A DNA stretch of 64,000 bases, taken from positions 103,664,001 to 103,728,000 of the forward strand of contig OZ296652.1 in the NCBI GenBank assembly GCA_965655095.1. Direction: 5' to 3'. Within the stretch, counting starts at the first letter, position 1, and the number at the start of each line of letters is the position of its first letter. The notes beneath the pieces were generated by a model, which saw only the letters and a list, made by a program, of their open reading frames with translations, was not told the origin of the DNA and ran no database searches. This document shows positions 1 through 13,000 of the stretch, piece by piece. Origin of the DNA: Haplodiscus bocki. Its lineage: Eukaryota. A program made the translations under genes and the position numbers.

Positions 1-3000
1 TTTGGGACGGTTAATTTTTTATTTTTGACATGATACTAGCTTCTTTGAAAAATATTGTTCAATACAAGAAAACTTCACCCTTTCAACAGCTAAGTTTGGG
101 TAACAGGATCTGCTGTTTCTTTTGTGTCTTTTCTATCGACAGGAAAGAAATAATCCAAACTAACTACAATATAGCCAGCCTCTAGCAATTTATCTGAGAT
201 ATAGAATTACCCGAAATTGCCATTTTTGATGGAGTTCAATTTTGAAACAACTGTGCGCTGATTTTTGGGAGTCAACTGGATGAATATATTTGCCAAGTTT
301 CGTTAGAGCCATTCCTCTCCCATGTTTTGAAACTTTTATTGACCGCCCATCTTAAGAACAAAAATTGGTCCTTGTTAACGAGTCTTTATCGATTAAGAAT
401 CAAGACTTTCAACCTAACACTGATTTTTTGGTGCTTCTCAGTTCTAAGATTTTAGGAAGGGGGACTATTGGAAACTCAAAAATGGGCATTGGAAACACTT
501 TTAGCGCTCTGTTAAAGTTTATGCTTGCTAAAAAATTTAACATAAAAATTAAGCATTGAGTATTTCTATTGAGAAAGGTAACTCCGCGTAAAATTAAATA
601 AAATGAACCTCACGGTGTGTTTTCAAGAAATGAGTCTGCACCATCGAATGATATTTTTCCAAATTGTGATTTTTTTGCGCCATTTTCGGAGCTTAAAACG
701 ATCATTTTCAAATCTTTAACATGCATGTACGGAAATTAATATCCATCATGTAATTTTTTTGGTCAAATTCGGAAAGCAGAAATATAAAGTGATTGGGTTT
801 TGGGTCTATTTTGCAAGTAGGACATCATTCCATGATCTCCATCATCATCGTTTTCAAATATAATTTCAATTATTTCACTATTTGATGAAAGGTAAGCAAT
901 TTTAAAGATATCTCCTTGCTTGAATCAATTTATGACAAAAGCTTCATAGTTTTTGTGAAACAATGTTCGAATAAATCTGCAGACTTCTACATCTACAGAC
1001 TTCTACTAATTACCTTAAACCAAGCAATAAACTATTTTTTTACCTCAAAAATTTTTTCATGAAACTATCAATCTTTTGGATAATATTTGCTACTTCAACT
1101 ATCCTAATCATTATTATGATAACCAGTTAATTACATGTACTCGTATCTAGTGGAATCGTCGACATTTGATTGATTTTGTACAAAAAACAACAGAGATCCA
1201 ACTGAAAGAAAACATCCGAGCGAGAGGTTATCGCATGGATTCAACAGGAAACAAGTACCTCTAAAGACGTCTGACCAGCCTAAGCTCTAATTCACAAATT
1301 CTTGTGCATCAATCTGCAATCTTGAATATGCTAGCCACCAGAAAGCTGAAGGCACAAAATATTTTTGGGTTCAAAACTGTAAAATGAAACTAAAACTCAA
1401 CAAAAAACAACAGATTCAATCTTTTACTACATCTATTTCATTTTGATAGCTTTTTATCATGCTTGGAAACACGGGTTCGTATAGACTTTAGTCGGCGCTC
1501 TTAGAAAAAAAATTATCGAACTCTAATAGAGACTTTTGTTTTCGTTTTTTGTTTTGACCATCGAAATTGACAAGTTTCACGAAAATTTTACAGTTTAGTA
1601 TCAAGATCTTAAGCTTTCGGCCGCCTTGGAATAGGCAACCCAAAGGTAAGAAACGTAGTATTTTAAGCACAAAGGTACAAAACAGAAAATTCCAAAAATC
1701 CCAATAGAGATGTTTTCCAAAACTAGTTACCGAACGTTTTTGTGAACACCCACCCCCCTTACACATGTTTAGCTCTTCGAGTAGCGGCTACTCGTACCAT
1801 TGCCTCCTTGTTAGATCTTAGTCATACTGATTTCCGAGTTAAGGAGTACCTTTCCAGTTTTCGGGTTGTCCCTTTTCCAAACTTTGTCCTACTTGATCGG
1901 GATATAAAACCGTTTCTTCTTTACAGTTCCTCAGTGATGCTTAGTTCGAAATATGAAACCTGCAACTGATTAAACATGGGGCTAATGCTATTTCAAAAAG
2001 GTTGATGTCTTTGACTTTTCTAACGAGTCAATACAACCAACGAGTAAAACCACCTCATTCTCATTCTCTGCAATTTTCAAGTCGGCGCGAGAAGATAGCG
2101 TTTTTTGAAGGCTTATCGAATCGTCCCCTCTTCCATAAGTGGCTACTATTCTTCATGCTACTTGCTCTGGTGTAATGTAATTACTTGCATGCTGTTGCTT
2201 GCGTGTAGCGTCGACTGGGCTCCCTAGTTGAAAAACAGTTAGGTTTTGTCAGATTTTATATGTTAGCAAAGCCTTTTTGAATGATTTTGAATGATTCATA
2301 TGAAATTTTCCATGCCTAAATCTTGTCTGCTGCTCTGATATCTTTCAAGTTTCGTCAAAGAATTTCATAAAATTAGGCGGGGTTTTGTAGCTTGATTTTT
2401 CGTTTTGGCAGACGGAAAACAAATAAAGTTTGGCAAGGTTTTGGGTGCGGCCTAATTAATTTTACAAGTGACAGACATACTTACGATTTGGCCCCGCATT
2501 TGAATAGAAATAACGCAGAGTAAGTTTATATTTACCCACGCCCTATAATTTGTTAGCAAAAAATAGCTAAACGGTCAAAATGTCCAGGAAACAACAAATA
2601 TGATCACCTCAGAAGTAGTAGTGATTGAGTCAATAGAGGCGCGAGACCTTTTACGTTTTCCAAATACCTTGACATCTTGAACAAACTTTTGCTGCTGCAT
2701 CTAAAACATTCAAAATATATGTATGCTAAAAGTCTGAATTTTCCACGTTTTATTAAACGTTTGGCGACTTGAATGCATGTATTTTGCCAACTGTAACCGC
2801 TGTTCTGTTTTGGATTGTTCCTGGTTTGTTATTTTACGCCCCTATAAAAAATATGAATGGAAAATCATTCACTCAACGCGAACGTTTTTTAAAGCTTACT
2901 TGCCAATCGATAATGTCCGATGTTGAAAAATCCCATGTTCCACGCTTCCGAGATTGGAATTTTTCATCGCCGATTCAGAACAAATTAGCCTTAGAATGCG

Positions 3001-3091
3001 ACCCAAATAGTAAGAATTCTGAAAGCGTACCAAAATGGGGCTTTTTTGGAAAACACATGGATGTTTTCCAAAAAAAACATGAATTTGCTTC

Positions 3092-4831
3092 TGTCGCAGC
3101 GCATCTGCGAGGCTTGTGGACAGTCGCTCCCTGAGTCGAAGGACATACCAGCTTCGTCGTCAACAAACTAGAAACTCACGACTGAAAACTTCACACACAT
3201 ATATTCATTTTTCTCAACATTTGTACATAAACGATACGTAGTAGTTACGTATCAACCCCATGCACATATATGTAAATCGTGTAAACGATACGTATTGGTT
3301 GCGTATCGTTCCATAATAGTCACTCCATGAAAAAACACGTACCCTATACATGCAATTCCGGTGAAGTGATCCAAATTGGGAAGGAGCAACTGCGAAACAA
3401 CAGAAATTCATTTACTTTCCCTACTGTATATTTATATCATTATTAGGTGCATTTTGATAACTACTTTAACTAATTAATATATAACTCTACGTTTTCTAAT
3501 TGACTTTTGCAGTAATTTAAATCAAGATTGACAGTATCAATGAGTTTGCAATAATTCATACAGCTATTATTACAGAGCGTGACTTTAAAAGTGAATAATT
3601 CTTCCGTATGTGTTCCGTCGCAACCAACCTGGTGACGCTACTAGAAGTTAGGCCAAATCGCTGTGCCACTACGCTGTGTCGTTTTGGACGAACACGTAAC
3701 TGTTACGTAGCAACCCATTTCATTCTCAGTAGCTCTGTTGAGAGCAGTGCTACTAGCGGCTACGTGGTCGTTCCGGAAGGCTTCGGCCAAAATCAGGAAC
3801 GAGCTAGTAGAAATGAGGAACGGACTAGTGGAAAACATAGTTTTTTCCCAACATTGGATTTAATGGATGCAATATGTAAGCATGTGTAAACATGAACTTT
3901 ATCAATCATATTTATGTGTTTTATTTTATGTGAAGGTGCATTCTTTAGTATTTTCCTATTATGGAAAATCCTTTGGATCTTCTCTTTATTTTATCATTTA
4001 TTGTGTCGGCGCGAGAATATTCAATTTAACGCCATTTCTGATGGATTAGACCTGTAGTTTTTCCTGTCGAAACATGGAAAAAACGCGGTCTATGAAGAAA
4101 GAAAGGGACGGAGAGATGTTTAATTCCCGCCAGAGTTGGCAATTTTTCTGCATAGACAATATGATTAAAGTACTTTTCCCTATTTTTACCTTGAGTTGGC
4201 GTGGAAACAATCATGTCTCCCGCCAACGAAAAGGTAAAAATACGAGAAACGAAATTGCCAATACTAAGATAAAATTTTGTATCGTTTGTTATTCTACTCA
4301 TTTTCTGAAATCATTGACTATTTGTTGTCGTTGAAACCCTTCTCCCTCATAATAAACGAGATCGACTCTTTTGTTAAAGATTAGGAAATCAATTCAATCT
4401 TCACAGCTGACAGAGCTTTTCCCTCAAAATTATGGCAACACTGAGGAATAAGAGAAAATTAGCTGCAGTTTCGAAGGAAACACTAGAAAATACAAGGAGC
4501 AGTCAGTCACAAAACACAGTTGATCCGGAAGTGGCTCAAGAGTACATCTCCCAAGTTGCTGATGAAATCGAAGGGAAGGTCACTTAAGAACTCTTCAAGG
4601 AATTCAGCTGGACGGAGTCGGGCATTTTGGGCGCTTTGTCTAAACTTGATGAACTTCTTCTGAACCGACAAGTCCGGACTTGTTCCCTAGCTGTTCCGGG
4701 AACAACCAGGAACAACAACTCAGAAAACCTGGAACCCCTGGGGATCGTTCCGTTGGCGATCCATGTCCCGAAGTGGTGTTCTCTAGCTTCTGGTAGTCTG
4801 AATGGTTCAGAGCAGAAAGAGACTCATCACA
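3092..4831 (+). repeat. 5' LTR (~1.74 kb, TG...CA)
   Basis: Colinear with the TSD-bounded solo LTR at 61179-62913. Ends ...GACTCATCACA, followed directly by TGG (PBS-like). AATAAA at ~4350. Confidence 0.88.
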
Positions 4832-6016
4832 TGGTCTCAAGAGTTCAACAAGACACTCCCTACTGCTCCCATGGAGCTTCGCCAGGAAAAGAAAAGAAGG
4901 AGCGCTCTACAATTCAGCCAGAATTTCGTACTGAAATCACCCCTGAGACAATTGAAGCAAACCAGATTCTGTTGGCCCTTCATGAATTGGCGATGAACAG
5001 CACTTCAGCCAATTTCAACAACAATATCAACAGAATCGCGAAATTGCTTAAATCCCTCACAACGACAATGCGCATTTTTTACGGGAAATCAAATAAAATC
5101 TAACTGTATGAAGATGTGTTCCAGGCAGGTTTGAGAATCTACAATGAACTTACAGAAGACGACAAAAGAAACTACTTCCACTCTCTCATGCCTGGTGATT
5201 CGCTAGAAACATTCAAAAACATCATCAGCTTCAAAGGAGGAAACTTCGGAGAAATTCTGAGTGTGTTCCGTAGAAAACACGTGAAACCCCAGGCAATGGT
5301 TACAACAAAACACAAATTTCCACGACTGGTCTTCAAACCAGCGAACCAGAAGTTATCACATTTTCTAGACGAACTCCAGAAGCTAGAGAAAGATGCATTC
5401 GGAGTTGCCGTTGAGGCAATTCATATATGCCAAAATGCTACCCCAACTGATGAAATTGATTAATCAGGCGCAGTTGGAGAAGGGCACAATTGAACAGATT
5501 GTGTCATATCTTGAAAGAGAGTTGGAGCTGAATGGTTTGGAAGCTCCAGATGAGCTGCAGATAATTGCTGTGACGCAACAAGCCACACAACAAAACCAAA
5601 AACATCCAAACCAACTTGCCACCACTGCAAAGTGCAAGGTCAATATCGAAACCAGTGCCGTCAACTCAAACCAGAAAGAAACCAAGCCCAAAGCAACACG
5701 AATGGTGCCGGCAATAAATAACAACAGCAATAATGGTGGTCAGACAAATTCTAACTCCAACAAAAAAAACTCCTAGCAATACCAACGCAATGAATACAAG
5801 CAATCAAAAAGACAAGAAACCTAGAACTGTCTACGCACCCTGTGAGACCTGTGGTAAAAGTAACTGTTCCTTATAGAAATCCTATTTTGGAGCAAACGCA
5901 GCTAATAGACAGCCTCCCGGGAATAGACGGCCGGAAGGACAGACTCAAGTCCAAAAAAGAAAAACTCAAAATAATTCAGATGTGAATGTTCAAGCTGCAG
6001 CCCAAACTTCAACTAG
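4432..6016 (+). pseudogene. gag: gag-like ORF (disrupted), starting inside the 5' LTR
   Basis: MATLRNKRKLAAVSKET...; capsid-like segment (ELTEDDKRNYFHSLMPGD); degenerate Zn knuckles (TCHHCKVQGQYRNQC; PCETCGKSN). Contains stops and frameshifts. Confidence 0.8.
4832..4845 (+). promoter_or_regulatory. putative primer-binding site (TGGTCTCAAGAGTT; resembles tRNA-Leu-type TGGTGTCAGGAGT)
   Basis: TGG immediately after the LTR-terminal CA. The tRNA identity is tentative (2 mismatches). Confidence 0.6.
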
Positions 6017-6019
6017 AAA

Positions 6020-9000
6020 CGCCGCCTCTTCACTCCGGAGCTGCATGTGACAGACCGGAGGCAATTAAAACACAAATACTCCCACCATCTCCCGAGGTTG
6101 TCTGGCATCAACTCACGGAGACATTTATAGATCAATACAACTTAAAAATACCAAAAAAGACTCTACAATACAATATACTCAAGAAACTCAAACAGCGAAT
6201 ATAGCAAGTCAAACGTCGCCACCGAAGATAATTCAACCACAGAACTACGTAGTTGCCACGGAACCACCAACAAGAATTCAAACAGGAAACGACCCTGTAC
6301 TGTTCCTTAGCTGCTCCAAAAATTGTCCTACTGATATCGAAGAATCAGAACAGCCCACAACGACTACCTTTACTGAAGATACCACCATCCCATTTCTCAC
6401 GATAACAACCCCACTAATTGAGGAGGGGTTGATGAGAGATTAACAGACTAATGAGGTTTATCTCCCATTAACCTCTACGAAGGTCTTCAAACGAAACAAA
6501 AATTGCTCTATTTGCCGCTGGATTTCGAGAGTAACCTAACAGTAGATACCTTGGTAGACTCAGGAGTCTATGTCAATGCAATTGCTCAGAATGACTTGGA
6601 CATAATAAAACAGAAAGCCCTAAATAAAATTCTCAAAATCGACCCTCCCAACTTTCAACTAGTAGCAAATGGCCAGTTAGAAAAACCGTTAGCAACAACC
6701 ACGCTTTAATTTGAAACTGGAGACAATATATTTGCTGAAAATTTTGTCGTAATGAAGAAATTAACAGGTCCCATAACAGGGTTCCATTTTATGAAGAACA
6801 ACAGTGTAGTCATTGACACAACACAAGGTCTCATACCTTTCCCACACTTGACGATGCAAGTTAAAACTGCCTCAAGTGAAACAACAGCAAAACCCCAATC
6901 TGTCCTCAATGACAATGCCCTGACGATACCACCAAGGACAACAAAACAATCACAGCTTTTGTTGACCATGGTTCAGAAAGGAACACAACAGTGACTGTGA
7001 CACCATTGGAGAAGTTTACGGAAACAGCGAGTCTGCTGACTTCCCCTGAAATGTCCACAAATTAAAAAGAGAATAGCAGTCAGGGTAACCAAGACAACCA
7101 AATCACCATATCTAATCAAAAAGAACACACAGGTTGCAGAATTCTCCGTAGTCACTACGTCAGAGTTCAAGGAATTTTTTGATTCAGTCAATACAGTTCT
7201 CAGTGATGCTTGCGAACTAGCACTGAAACAGCCCATTCCAGGAAAAAACTGGTCCTATTGAGGGATGCCAGCTTTAGAAGTGGTGGATATGCCCTCTTTA
7301 TTGAAAACAATCCCCTTCAAAAGAAACGGTCCAAGCGGAAAAATTACCCCCCGTGGCGTTTGGTTCAAAAATTTTCTCCCCCGTGCAACTCAAGATGCCC
7401 ATATAGTCCAAAGAAATTTTGGCAGTTTACATGGCATTTCTTTAGTTTGCACATGTTCTGTGGGAAGCATCAAAACCAACAATTGTTTTGACAGATAACA
7501 AATCTGTTACACGTTTTTTCCAAGCAAAAGCAATTCCACCAGCACTGTGGAATGCCTGTGATTATCTGTTAAAATTCAATTTCAAAACAGCAAACCCTGC
7601 CAGTTCAGTCAACACTGCGGTGGACTCTCTCGAAACCGAAACACAAAGTGGCGGAAAAGATACGTCTCAAAGACCGGGAAGATCTTCAAATAAAACACAT
7701 TCAATTGACCACATCTTCCTCAGATGCCGCTGAAGAAGAACAATTTTTCTTCACACAAGCAGACAATGAAGACATGTCAGAAGAACAAACCCTTGAACAA
7801 AAAGATCAATGCGGACAAAATGCGAAGCAATATGTAGCAACTGAGGAACCAGCCTCATTGAAAACAAGTTTGAAAGAATTTACAAAGATAGACGGAAACA
7901 CTACATCGTAATCCGTGAACAGAATCAAGGCAAATGCACAAATACGAGTGAAACAAGATGTCGGTCTGGTCTTGAAAAACATGAAATTGAAATTTCCAGG
8001 CCAACCATATGACGTGCTAATTAAGACGGACTAACGACACAAACAAAACAAGGCAAATGAAGACCGCATATTTCCTAAAGATGGCCTACTATTCAGGAAA
8101 GATTTTGGACAAACGGGTAGCGTCAAAAACTCACAAAATCTAAACCCAAAGCAATCAGCTCTTGAAGTATTCCAGAGCTTGCACGGAAAATTTCGATATT
8201 TCCCAGCCCAGGAATTACCAAAACAATAATTGCTTAGAGTGAAAAAATCTATTTCCCGGAAATGGCGCAAATGACCAGGAAGTGCGTCATGTCATGTGAG
8301 TAATGCACCAGAGAATCACGAATTGATCGCAGCTTCACCCGCTTTTCCCTGCAAAACCCTAACGAGCACATTACTGCACCAGAGGATGCCATGCAAGAGG
8401 ATTTGGTGCCGGAGTTGCCTCGTTCCGGTAGGTATGGAAATGTTTTGACAACCATGGACGTATTTTCCCAAATTTATTTGCCTACCCGACGTCACACCGA
8501 GACGCCAAAACAATTGCTGAAGTTTCTATCAACATCATGAGCAAGCACATTTATTTATCAACGACACTCATTTCAGATAAATGCTCACATTTCGCGTCTC
8601 ACGTAATTAAACAAGTGACCGGCGTCATCGGTATTACTCTAAAGCACGCAACCTCATTGCACGCACAAACAATTGGGCTGCTTGAACGATCTCCTGCGTC
8701 AGTCAAACAAGTGTTTAAGGTCGAAACAAGCGAGCGAAGATCATTGTGGCATAAATATGTCATTATTGCGGTCCTCAATTACAAAACTTCTCGTCACACA
8801 AGCAATGGCTGTGAGCCAAGCACAGTCTTTCATGGGCGCATTCCTTACAATATATTGGATTTAAAAATGGGAGTTCTTCCACAGCAAGCACCCACTCCCA
8901 CTTCTCCAAATTGCCCAAGATGTTCTTGACCAAACCCAGATGATCTACCAAGATCTTTGACGAAATGCGATGCAAGCGTGCATCAAATACAAAGCTTAAT

Positions 9001-9630
9001 ATGACTAAAAGGCAAACGCTTCAAAGCTCAAAGAGGCAGATTACGTTTATGTCTTACAGCGGGAAGCAGACCACCAGAGGAGTAAACTCTTTTTTAAGGA
9101 ATTCCGGTGGCTTGGCCCCTACATTATTGAAAAAGTGTTACCGAATAACAATCAACTGGTACGCAAAATTGGCACCAACAAGACGCAAGTGCTTCATCCC
9201 ACGCGAATACGTCAGATCACACCCCACCAATCCCTGCCTAATAAACGAATCACGCCACAAGAATCGAAACCCGATCGGGAAGTGAGCCTCAAACACGATG
9301 ATTTGTATGCCAGAGCGTGGGAGTGGGAACATGAATGCCAATTTTTGACGCCGAAAAATGATAATGCAACGCCACCCAGGTCACCCAAAATTGCAATACC
9401 GTCTAAATAATCAACCGAGGAAACGTGCAACACACCAGGAACCGCACGAGAGTGTTTCTGAGGATGTTTTCCACAAGGGGAGGGTGAGTAACAGTTACAA
9501 ACCCCAACATGGGAGCTGATGCTGAGACAAGCTCCGAACAGCCAAACAAAAATCCGACTAACCCCTGCAGTTTGAAATGCAATTTACGTCATAACCCGGA
9601 GCTTAATTGCAATAACGATTACAGATATTA
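6020..9630 (+). pseudogene. pol: pol (protease, RNase H, integrase with GPY/F motif); reverse transcriptase domain absent
   Basis: Protease LVDSG (~6550); RNase H LVLLRDASFRSGGYAL and TDNKSVTRFF; integrase core (TMDVFS, LISDKCSHF, LLERS); WLGPYIIEKVLPNNN. No YxDD-containing RT block is seen. Confidence 0.85.
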
Positions 9631-10027
9631 ATTCTTATGCTGCACTAGTGTGTTCCACGGAACGCATACCTAGACGTTCCACAAATTTCAGTACCGCGTT
9701 ACGGAATCAAAACCGAGCAATACAAAAACTTACTTATATTCTGTTCTGGCTATTCCCTGGTCACTAACTCACTTGCTAATCAGTCCTTCCTACTTCAAAA
9801 CATGGCCATTATTATTCAACTCAGCTATATTTTTTTACACACAGGCCGGATTCAGGTCATCCATGATTTCTTTCCCATTTTTCTCAAACTTGTTTACTAA
9901 AATGTATATATACAATAAATACAATAAAGAAGAGGAAAAACAGTTTCATACTGCAGATGATTAGATAACAACAGTGAAAATAGGGGATATAAAGCAGTTT
10001 TCAGTTTAGGAGATGAAACAGCGGTAC

Positions 10028-13000
10028 TTATGGCAATCCTCCTTGGAAAACAATAGCGGTTCTCCGGTTTCGTCCACTAGGACGTGATTTTCTGCAGGAT
10101 TGCTGGCGGTCCAAGGCGGCACTAGAACCCGAATCCATGACTACACGATGTTGTTGAGACGGCCGAGGGAGGACATGCAAATTCGAAGCGCCTAGGTAGC
10201 TTCACCGGGCTCCGACTAACTTCCCTCTTCTTGGACTTTCCTGAGGAAACACGCAGACTGGTGGGGTCGGCAGCACTGATGGAAAGACCACTCACTCAAT
10301 CGTATCCAACCTGCCCCTTTTCCACTATCTTAGAGATTCTCACACCAGAACAAGATGCAATATCTTCTCAAGATAGCCTGTCGCCACATACCGCATACCA
10401 ATTTTCTTGTGAAACCTTGACTGCTCTCCGACGATCCACAGGCCGATTCACACCAGCACAAACGTCAGCCACCAATTGTGAAGAAGACGTGGTCTTCACT
10501 TGGCTCCAGGGTTCAAAAACAACACTACTTGTGATGCTGTCACATATTGCTGCAGACTCAGCCAAAATGGCGATGCCGGACTCAGAAAACAAATTCCTTT
10601 GATTAAAGTGCGGGCTCCTCAGGAAATACTGCGCGCAAAGCAGAGCACCACGCACTTCATCTTCGCCAATCATCACACGATCTAGACTGATATTGAACTT
10701 CTCACTGGAAGTTACTGGCCCACGAATAATGAAAGCTGTTAGCTGGAACACCTGCAAAAAAGACAATTCAATCACCACTCGAACGACGAAAAAGCTTTAA
10801 CTCATTGGTCACGGAACAAACTCTAAAACAGATGCTGGCAAGCACGGAAACGAGCCTGCAAAGAGCAAAACGACAAGACGTCAGCTACGTCAGGGCGGTG
10901 CCTCGTTGAAGACCGGCCCAGCTGTTGTTGCTCTTGGACATAAGACTGGTACTCAGCCCGACAAGCCTCGAACTCGCTGCCTCTGACCCACCCCCTTTCT
11001 AAAAGTCCATCCAGCACAAGACCAATCTGATGAAACGGCGTGTGGTCGTCCCCACCAATGACGATCGCAGGGCCAAAACAACTCAATCCTTGTCCGATTG
11101 CGGAACGAGCAGCTACGTTGGAGATCATAGAGTTTGTTAATTCCTCCAGGAACCTACTGGTTCCCGTCGAAACTCTCTCTTCAAATAAGAACTTTCAATC
11201 TTGTTGAGAGCTGCCAACACCCGCGTCCCATTCAAAAACTCATCGTCGGCAATTGGGCGAAACTTAGGTTGATTTGCCCGCACATACTGTTCCCACTGCT
11301 CCACGAGAGGCAACGAACGTCCTTGATTAATCTTCTGGGGCAGGCAATAAACAAAGCGAGTCAACTCACCAAACGACTGGTACCCATAATCGTTCGATGT
11401 TTGAGGATGAAAAAAATTGTTGGCAACTGAAACAGAACATATGTCACAGACATTGGAAAGACACTACTATCCAGAACTTGCCAAGACTCGTGAAACTTCA
11501 AAAAAGAAAGAAAAATGGAGCAAATGTGGAACATTACTAGAGCGCTCCTGGAATTATTCATGAAACTGATCCGGAATCACTACGTACCGACGTGTTTTAT
11601 AATGGGAAATGTGATGATGACACTTAGAGATTTCCAGAAGAAAATGAAACACCCTGATTTTCATGCGAGCAAGCTGATTGTGGTATAGATGCCCGTCCAT
11701 TCCCTTCATCTAAACAACAAAACGGCAATAAATACATTCTAAAGACGCAAATAAAATACCCACAATGGAAGACTTTACCACAAGGCTATCTCCATCAACT
11801 TTGTGGCCAGTCTCCTTCAGGTATCATACCACTAGTGGCCATACCCCAAAGATATTCGCCACCACATCGACTAGGCTTGGCATGGAGAGGTCGTTAGTAA
11901 TGATGGCCCTTCGCAATGCCGGATCAGGTGCCATCCAATCCCGAGTCTCTGCCCCTTCAACCGCTTCACAACAAATTTCGGCATTGAGAATGGGACAAGG
12001 CTCCCAAACACAGACGGAGCAGTCCACTAGAGGCAACGCTTCATCAGCCGGAGATCAAATATGGGGTACTCCACGAGCTTGGCACGGTACCCATTTCCCA
12101 GGTAACTTGCAAAAGCATCTGCAAGAACATGCTAACCTCCATGCAGAGACACACAGATGCATCTGGACCAGCAGCATCCAGATTTTTGTCCAGAATCGCA
12201 GCCTCCGGGGTAGTGTTGGCGCTGAAGCGGCTCAACGCGACAACACAAACACGACGAAATGTGGAGCTCTCCCAAGTCCGCACCATCACCCAAATCTCTG
12301 AGTTGCGCTCTTCGAACTCAATGCTGCATTGTCCGTGCGCTTTCACCTACCCGAACACACGAGAAAGGATTCGAGGGTACATCCCGTTCAAAATGATCGA
12401 CTAAAACACAGCACCAATAAGCCAATGAACATGGATACACAGACTCATGGAACATGAGATTACCAACCAACACCTCGTCTCGAGACCATGTTACATCAAT
12501 GTTCATTCGGCTGGCAGTCAATGTGAATAGGGGCCACACTTGGTAAACCAGCTCATAGGTGCCACCCAATCGCAACATTTCAATCAGCAACGACACCTTG
12601 GCAAGGACTGGCAACGTGGCATCCAGAGTTCCAGTGTCATCCACAGTTAGATCCTCGGCAAAGGGATACTCTCGATCCCGAATGACCAGAGGACCACGAT
12701 AAATGCGCTTCCTTTGGCGCTTCAGTTCATTTTCACTGAGGGGGTTTCCCTCAAAAAAAGCAGAACCCGCCAACCAGGTGTCTCCAGTCTCAGTTGCTGG
12801 TTACGGGCGAAATGTTTGACACCTTGAAAGTGCCTCAGGATTTCATGTGCACCGTGTGTCAACAGCGACACGTCTTTACGGCAGATGCGGCAATGGAAGT
12901 GGCTAAGTCTGCCAGCCGCATCCATAACTCCAGTGACGAAGTACCGACCAACTTCCTCTGCTCCCCACACCTTCTTCATTTTATACGTGCGCTTTGATCG

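Noticed and set aside
1480-2230. Possible 3' end of a minus-strand LTR element (PPT-like AAGGGGGGTGGG before TGTTCAC)
   Set aside because: No partner LTR or TSD, and only a weak integrase-tail resemblance.
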